The notes beneath the pieces were generated by a model. The model saw only the letters and a program-made list of their open reading frames with translations, searched no databases and had not been told where the DNA came from. Below, piece by piece: positions 9,265 to 16,500 of a stretch of DNA of 32,000 bases. The number at the start of each line of letters is the position of its first letter. Position 1 is the stretch's first letter. Origin of the DNA: Nostoc punctiforme PCC 73102 (GTDB lineage Bacteria > Cyanobacteriota > Cyanobacteriia > Cyanobacteriales > Nostocaceae); contig NC_010628.1 of NCBI RefSeq assembly GCF_000020025.1, positions 7,350,001 through 7,382,000 of the forward strand. Direction: 5' to 3'. The position numbers and the translations under genes are program-made.

Positions 9265-9477
9265 GGAATAGGGAGTAAGGGCTGGGGGAAAACATAACTT
9301 GTTGATCTACTAAAAGATCAGTTAAAAGATGTTATCACAGAGTCAGCCAACTCAATGAAACCTCAATACCCAGGAAAATAGTGAGAACATACGATTAATT
9401 TATACAGTTAATAATTGCGGAGGAATCAGGGAATGTTCCAAATAGGAACGTCTACATCAGGAGGTAAATAGACATTT

Positions 9478-9843
9478 ATGAGTACAGTTCTGATTGTGGA
9501 AGACAGTATCGCGCAAAGGGAGATGATTACAGACCTCCTGAAAGCAACTGGCCTAACAGTTACCCATGCCAGTGATGGATTAGAAGCATTGGAGGCAATC
9601 CAAGTAGCACCTCCCGATTTAGTGGTGTTGGATATTGTCATGCCCCGAATGAACGGCTACGAAGTTTGTCGGCGGTTAAAATCCGATCCAAAAACCCAAA
9701 ATGTCCCTGTGGTTATGTGTTCTTCCAAAGGCGAAGAATTTGATCGTTACTGGGGTATGAAACAGGGTGCAGATGCCTACATAGCCAAACCGTTTCAACC
9801 AACCGAGTTGGTAGGAACAGTCAAACAACTGCTGCGAGGATAA
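9478..9843 (+). CDS. hmpB: Single-domain CheY-like response regulator, HmpB/PilH-like
   Basis: 121 aa. Motifs: VLIVEDS...PDLVVLDIVMPRMNGYEV...CSSKGEE...YIAKPF. Confidence 0.9.
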   Translation: MSTVLIVEDSIAQREMITDLLKATGLTVTHASDGLEALEAIQVAPPDLVVLDIVMPRMNGYEVCRRLKSDPKTQNVPVVMCSSKGEEFDRYWGMKQGADAYIAKPFQPTELVGTVKQLLRG

Positions 9844-9856
9844 GGATAAAAGCAAT

Positions 9857-10387
9857 ATGGTCAGCAAACCGGACTTTTTAAGTGGTAGCGGTCAAGACCA
9901 CTTCCGACCAGAATTACAAGTGGAAAGTCCTGAAGGTGAGTTACATTTGAGATTTTACATTCCCTCGCATCAGGAGTTTGCACTACAAGCAACTGGCATC
10001 CGGGAGGTAATTGAACTAAGTCCTGATAGAATCACCCCGATTCCTAATGCTTCTCCTTTACTTTTGGGTACTCTAAATTTACGAGGTCGAGTTATTTGGG
10101 TGGCTGATTTAGGTCAATTTCTGGGGGAAGCAAGTGCATTAAACACGGATAGAGCAGAAATTTCGGTGATTGCCATCGAAGAGCAAGACACAATAGTGGG
10201 TTTAGCAGTAGAGGAAATCGGTGGTATGGACTGGTTGGATGTCCAGAATCTCATGCCACCAACTAGTGTTCCAGATACTATGGTTCCCTTTTTACGCGGA
10301 GAGTGGTTACTAAGTGCTAAAAATAATCAGTGTCTACGACTGCTCGATCAAATGGCAATTGTACGGAGTGCTAGGTGGGCAGGATGA
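9857..10387 (+). CDS. hmpC: CheW-like coupling protein, HmpC/PilI-like
   Basis: 176 aa with a CheW-like core [50 protein letters not shown]. Its stop TGA (10385-10387) overlaps the hmpD ATG in an ATGA junction. Confidence 0.85.
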   Translation: MVSKPDFLSGSGQDHFRPELQVESPEGELHLRFYIPSHQEFALQATGIREVIELSPDRITPIPNASPLLLGTLNLRGRVIWVADLGQFLGEASALNTDRAEISVIAIEEQDTIVGLAVEEIGGMDWLDVQNLMPPTSVPDTMVPFLRGEWLLSAKNNQCLRLLDQMAIVRSARWAG

Positions 10388-13335
10388 AATTGGAGGAGGA
10401 AATGGCAGCAAGTATTGATAATTACGAGCCAACATATCAACAGGCGATGACCGCCTATGTTCAAAGGAATTATGAGGTTGCCGCCACTTTAGTCGATCAA
10501 GTGGTGCAAAATCTACCAAATGACCCCAATACCCATTTGTTAAGGGGTCACATCTACTATGTTTTGCAACAGTACGATGTTGCAAAAGAAGAATATCAAC
10601 AGGTATTGAGCTTGACTAACGAACAAGAAATTATTGGTTTTGCCAATAATGGAATTGAGAATATCAATCAATATTTACAGTCATTCGGTGGACAGATTGA
10701 TACATCAGGAAGTCAAGAGCAAATACATTCCTCAGAGATGCCCGATCCACTGGCATATAGCGAACCAGAATTAGAAGATTTGGACCCTAGTGAGGAGTTT
10801 GACAGTAATAACCTTGATTTGAACTTTTTTGGAGAGCATCAAGAAACTGTGGATGAGGTTAAAGAACTATCTTCAAATAGTCCATTTGACATCCCCACAG
10901 AAGATAGTATTGGAATGGGAAAAATACCAGATTCTTCTATAACTTTTGGTGATGACCCTTTTGCTTTGGACGAAGAATCAGAAGAACAAGATTTCAATAG
11001 CAGTAGTTATGAGGAAAAAACAGAATTAGATTTGCCTGCTTTTTGGCAGGAAGATATGTCAGAAGAGATCCATGAAGAATCATTAGTAAATAGTCATTTT
11101 TCAGAGAATGAGATCAATCACGATCGTGGAAATTCAGCTATTGATAATAATAATTCTTCATCTTCTAATTCCCAAACTAGTAGTAGCAAAAATAATTTCT
11201 CTGATTTGTTAATTGAGCCAAAGTCTCCAGAGCCTAAGATTGGTAATTTAGAATATAATAAATCTAATTTTGGAGGCGAGACTTTACTTATTGTTGTTGA
11301 AGAAGAACCTATAAATAGTTCGGCAACTACAAATAACAATAGTAGGTATGATTTGCCTGAAACCGAAGCACATGATTGGTTGAAGTCAAAAGATTTGGAA
11401 GTAGAACAAGAGTTTCAAACAGAATCATCTGATAATTATTCATCTTTTAAGAGCGATATTCCTCTGGAAGAAAAGCAGATGAAATCAAGTGAAATCATCA
11501 GCAAAAATAGCTTTGATGATGAGAATTTTGATATGGAAGCATTTGAGTCTGCCTTTGGCTCAGATGGTTTAAGTTCTTATGAAGACTCAAGCAATATACT
11601 GAATGGAGAAAATTCTAAGAGCAATATTGACTTTTTAGATGACTTTGAGGAATTTGACGATTTAGGAAACATTCCAGGGTTTGACCTGATTGAAGAAGAT
11701 TCTAACTTCGGTGATGCAGCAATGTATTCTGCTCCAGCAGAAGCTAGTGGCAGTGGACGCTCTCAAAGCACGGATACTTCTGGAAGCAATGCAGCCGATC
11801 GCGAAGAGGAACTATTCTCGATGACTGGTTCTCATGAAGGAGTTCCAGTCTTTAGCCAAACAGATGTCTCGAAACTAGAACCCAACGTTAGCGTCGAGCA
11901 AGGCTGGTTAGCACCATTAGAGAATGCCTCCATAGAACGGAAACAATGGTTAATTGCTGGAAGTGTGGGCATTGTCTCAGCGTTGGTTGTAGCCACAGTT
12001 AGCTTTGTCGCCACCACGTTTTCGCCAGTCCAACAACGGGAATCAGTACGAAACACTGGTTGGGCAATGTCCCTAGCAGCCGGGATTGCCGGTTTTGCTA
12101 CCGCAGGCTTCATGGGAAATCTTACACTCAAACAAATTCGGCGCACAACCAATGATCTGCAAGCTCAGTTTGAAGCTGTACGCCAAGGAAATTTGAATGC
12201 TCAAGCTACAGTGTTTTCTGAAGATGAATTGGGGCATTTATCCACTGGCTTTAATGAAATGGCGCGGGTAATTTTCACAACTACAAGTGAAGCCCAACGG
12301 AAAGCCGATGAACAAGAGGAAGCCAAGGAAAACCTACAACGTCAAGTGATTCGCCTCTTGGACGATGTGGAAGGAGCTGCTAGAGGCGATTTAACAGTCC
12401 AAGCTGAAGTGACAGCCGACGTACTAGGAGCCGTAGCCGACGCTTTTAATCTGACAATTCAAAACCTGCGAGATATTGTGCAACAGGTAAAAGTGGCAGC
12501 GAAGGATGTGACAAAAGGTGCAACCAACTCTGAAACTTTTGCTAGAGCATTATCTAGTGATGCTTTGCGTCAGGCAGAAGAGTTAGCAGTAACGCTGAAT
12601 TCTGTACAGGTAATGACTGACTCGATTCAGCGAGTCGCAGAGGCGGCGCGGGAAGCTGAAACCGTTGCTCGTGATGCTAGTACGATCGCTCTCAAAGGTG
12701 GTGAAGCAGTAGAAAATACCGTCGCAGGTATTTTAGAAATTCGAGAAACCGTTGCCGAAACCACTCGCAAAGTGAAGCGGTTGGCGGAATCTTCTCAAGA
12801 AATTTCTAAAATTGTAGCGTTGATTTCTCAAATTGCTTCCAGAACCAACTTGTTAGCACTCAATGCTAGTATTGAGGCGGCAAGAGCGGGAGAAGCTGGA
12901 CGCGGGTTTGCGATCGTAGCAGACGAAGTGCGCCAGTTAGCAGATAAATCTGCTAAATCCCTCAAGGAAATTGAACAAATTGTGATGCAAATCCAAAGCG
13001 AAACAGGTTCTGTAATGACCGCGATGGAAGAAGGCACACAACAAGTAATTAAAGGGACAAAATTGGCAGAAGAAGCCAAGCGATCGCTCGAAAATATTAT
13101 TCAAGTGGCGAATCGTATTGATATTCTTGTACGATCTATTACTAGCGATACTGTGGAACAGACTGAAACCTCCCGCGCTGTCGCTCATGTAATGCAATCA
13201 GTAGAACTAACTGCACAAGAAACTTCCCAGGAAGCACAGCGAGTTTCAGGTGCCCTACAACACTTAGTAGGTGTATCCCGTGACTTGATCGCCTCCGTTG
13301 AACGTTTCCGAGTGGAAACTATGGAAACCAGGTAA
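10384..13335 (+). CDS. hmpD: Methyl-accepting chemotaxis protein, HmpD/PilJ-like (TPR N-terminus, long acidic low-complexity region, 2 TM, HAMP, MCP signalling domain)
   Basis: Carries the conserved MCP hairpin tip [39 protein letters not shown] segments are [25 protein letters not shown] and [19 protein letters not shown]. Start options: GTG 10375 (ORF track), ATG 10384 (ATGA overlap with hmpC), or ATG 10402 directly after GGAGGAGGA. Confidence 0.9.
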   Translation: MKLEEEMAASIDNYEPTYQQAMTAYVQRNYEVAATLVDQVVQNLPNDPNTHLLRGHIYYVLQQYDVAKEEYQQVLSLTNEQEIIGFANNGIENINQYLQSFGGQIDTSGSQEQIHSSEMPDPLAYSEPELEDLDPSEEFDSNNLDLNFFGEHQETVDEVKELSSNSPFDIPTEDSIGMGKIPDSSITFGDDPFALDEESEEQDFNSSSYEEKTELDLPAFWQEDMSEEIHEESLVNSHFSENEINHDRGNSAIDNNNSSSSNSQTSSSKNNFSDLLIEPKSPEPKIGNLEYNKSNFGGETLLIVVEEEPINSSATTNNNSRYDLPETEAHDWLKSKDLEVEQEFQTESSDNYSSFKSDIPLEEKQMKSSEIISKNSFDDENFDMEAFESAFGSDGLSSYEDSSNILNGENSKSNIDFLDDFEEFDDLGNIPGFDLIEEDSNFGDAAMYSAPAEASGSGRSQSTDTSGSNAADREEELFSMTGSHEGVPVFSQTDVSKLEPNVSVEQGWLAPLENASIERKQWLIAGSVGIVSALVVATVSFVATTFSPVQQRESVRNTGWAMSLAAGIAGFATAGFMGNLTLKQIRRTTNDLQAQFEAVRQGNLNAQATVFSEDELGHLSTGFNEMARVIFTTTSEAQRKADEQEEAKENLQRQVIRLLDDVEGAARGDLTVQAEVTADVLGAVADAFNLTIQNLRDIVQQVKVAAKDVTKGATNSETFARALSSDALRQAEELAVTLNSVQVMTDSIQRVAEAAREAETVARDASTIALKGGEAVENTVAGILEIRETVAETTRKVKRLAESSQEISKIVALISQIASRTNLLALNASIEAARAGEAGRGFAIVADEVRQLADKSAKSLKEIEQIVMQIQSETGSVMTAMEEGTQQVIKGTKLAEEAKRSLENIIQVANRIDILVRSITSDTVEQTETSRAVAHVMQSVELTAQETSQEAQRVSGALQHLVGVSRDLIASVERFRVETMETR

Positions 13336-13338
13336 AAA

Positions 13339-13525
13339 AGTTAGGAGTTAGGAGTGAGGAGTTAGAACTAAAAATCACAACTCACAACTTGAAATAAAGT
13401 TAGGAGTTAGGAGTAAAAAGTTAGCAATAAAAATTACAACTCATAACTCATAATTCATAACTCATAACTCATAACTCATAACTCACAACTCACAACTCAC
13501 AACTCATAACTCATAACTCATAACT
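13339..13525. repeat. STRR-type heptamer arrays filling the hmpD-hmpE spacer
   Basis: AGTTAGG-type units x4 (13339-13366); CACAACT x2 (~13375-13389); AGTTAGG-type x4 (13398-13425); then 12 full AACTCAT/AACTCAC units plus a partial one (13438-13525). AGTTAGG differs by 1 nt per unit from the reverse complement of the AACTCAT register (AGTTATG). Confidence 0.9.
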
Positions 13526-13531
13526 TTTGCT

Positions 13532-16500
13532 ATGCTGCCGGAACAACAACAGCGGATTTTGGGTTACTTTATCGAAGAAGCCAGGGATCACCTGAATACC
13601 ATTGAGCAGGGGTTACTGAATCTAGAAGGTACCCTGAACGACCCGGAAATGATCAGTGAAGTCTTCCGGGCGGCTCACTCCATCAAAGGAGGAGCGGCGA
13701 TGCTTGGATTGACTAGCATCCAGCATACCTCCCACCGTCTGGAAGATTGTTTCAAAGTTCTTAAAGATAATCCGGTTCAGATTGACCAAAAGTTAGAGTC
13801 TTTATTTCTTGGTGTATCTGATACCCTGAAATCGCTGTTAGAGCATTTGAGCGGGCCTTACGGTCTTTCTGAAGATGCAGCAAATACTTTGATGTCAGAA
13901 ACGGAGCCAGTCTTTCAATGGCTGTATGAACATCTAGAACTACTTGTACAACAAGGAAAAAGTGGAGTATCTAGCAATCCTGACGCAACAGAACTACACA
14001 CAACCTCTGTAGAGAATGTCTCCACACTTACAGAACTTTTCCTGCGACGAGATATTCCTAGCTTGGCAGAAGACACCCATCAGGAATCTCCAGAAATATC
14101 TGTCTCAATAGCACCTCAGCAGGTGCGAGACGCTAACGCTGCGCGAGACGCTCGCAGACTCGCTAACGCTGCGCTATCGCCAGTCACCGCTAAAGAACAT
14201 AATAATTGGGGCGAGTTTCAAGCCCAAGTGCTGCAAACACTGCGGGAAATGTTGCAACTGTTTAAGCAAACCACAACTCCCTCAACTCGGCAAAACCTTC
14301 AACAATGCTGTTACCAGTTAGTCAAACTTGGTGAGACTTGGAATTTGTCCAAGTGGTGTGGTTTGTGTCAAGCAGCAGCTAGTGCGATCGGCAATCCTGA
14401 AAATAGTTATCTGACTTTAGCTAAAATTGTCATTACCGAAATCAAGCAAGCTCAAGAATTAGTCCTGCAAGGTAGAGAAACCGAAATTGCAATTAGTCAG
14501 CAACTGGAAGCACTTTTGAGCTTGGCAGAAATTGAGCTGTTAGAAGTTACTCCTGATTTGTTTGATGAACAGTCTGCGGCTTTGACAGAATCATCAATTA
14601 CGTTAGAGCCAATTTTATCTGGCAACACCGAGCAGTTAGACCTAGCCCAAACAACCGAGGAACTTAATCTAGATAAGGATACTAGCGATAGCGCAGCGTT
14701 AGCGAGTCCAGAAGCGTCTGGTTACGCCAACGTCAAGGGCGATCGCCCCTATGTTCAACAAGGGACACCACTCAACGCTGCAACTCACACTAGTTTTTCT
14801 TTCACCACACATGACGAAGCACATCCAATCAGTAATAATCTTGACCCCAATGGGCCAGAGGTAGGAATAGCTGAGTTAAATACCCTTGCCGATTTATTTG
14901 AAGGTGAGACTCCCGAACTAGATGAAAGTTGGCATCAAGAAGAAACTTTAGATATTGTTGCCATCGATGATTTTGGAATTGATTTCAGTAACACTGACGC
15001 TGAGGATGCTCATAGCGATTTATCTGATTTACTCTCCTTGGATCAAGTAGCAACTACAGCCACGACGGAAGATTTATCCCTGTTATTTGGCGACAATTTC
15101 CTAGAAAAAGAGAATTCAGAACCACAACATCAACAAACATCTGCTACAGCTCCAGAGTTAAGTTCTATTAACGTACTTGATATAAATTTAGACTCTTCTT
15201 CCGAAGATTTACAAGAATTTATTGATATTCCAAGTGAGACAAACCAGCTTGCTGGTGTCAACAAAAATGATGTAGTTGAAGATTTATTGACACTGGCACT
15301 AGATGATGATTTCGAAATATTGCCTACAGACGAAGTGACTCAACCAGAAACTGAGGCATTCGCCACTGTGGAACTATCAACCAATCAACCAAATAATTTT
15401 GATAATTTATTCTCAGAAAGTAGAAATGCAAATTGGGTAGAAGAAATTACCCCTAGTGACTATATAGAATTACCCCAGGAAACAGGCTTCTCTTCAGACA
15501 ATCTGTTTGCTGAAATGGAAGAAGAGACACTACTACCTACAAGCGAACCAGAAATCGTTGATTTATTTGATACATCTACAGTAACAACACCTGAATTCTC
15601 TCAATCAGACAATGATCTGAGTAGCTTCTGGAATCAGGAAAGTACAGAGGAACAGGACGATTTCAATTCCTTGATTGAGCAGAATGTAGAAAGGGCGTTA
15701 GAGGAGAGTTTATTTGCTACGACTGATGATATTTTTGCCGACAGTCAGCAGTCTATACCTTCTGATAGAGCTAGTTTTGGCTTGGAAGAATTGGATATCA
15801 ATTTTCAGCACGAAGAGCAGCTAGATTTGATATTTTCATCAGATTCTGGAAATGATTTATTTGATGAATTAGCACAGAGTGACTCAACTATTTCCCCGGG
15901 AATCAGTAATACCCCCACGCCGGAAACGCCTTTTTTCGCGCAGCATCTAGGGGAAGAAACTCTCAGATCACAACAACCAGAGGCTTTAGATTTTGCTCCA
16001 GAATTTACTCATCAGTTCCCAGAAATATCTGCTGTTGATCTGGAGCTTGATTCATTCGGCTCTTTCGATGAAAATCCGCAACTGCTGTTTGAAGATGTAG
16101 ATACAGACTCAACCTATATTCAGATGGAAACCACAGTGGATACTGTGGATGAACTATCTCTTACAGAAACTTTAGATTCAGTCCAAGCACAGCCAAATGA
16201 TTTGTTCGGCTCTTTCGATGAAAATCCGCAACTGCTGTTTGAAGATGTAGATACAGACTCAACCTATATTCAGATGGAAACCACAGTGGATACTGTGGAT
16301 GAACTATCTCTTACCGAAACTTTAGATTCAGTCCAAGCACAGCCAAATGATTTGTTCGGCTCTTTCGATGAAAATCCGCAACTGCTGTTTGAAGATGTAG
16401 CTACAGACTCAATCTATATTCAGATAGAAACCACAGTGGATACTGTGGATGAACTATCTCTTACAGAAACTTCTTTAGATATTAGTTTTGGTGAAACTTC

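Noticed and set aside
9264-9437. GGGAAT-containing elements (GGGAATAGG 9264-9272; GGGAATGTT 9429-9437; also GGGAATAAA on the minus strand at 7929-7921) as possible hormogonium sigma-factor (SigJ 'J-box', recalled as GGGAATACT-like) promoters
   Set aside because: They match only 7 of 9 positions against a consensus I am recalling from memory. One of them is simply part of the heptamer repeat at the hmpA stop. This cannot be supported without TSS data or a proper motif model.
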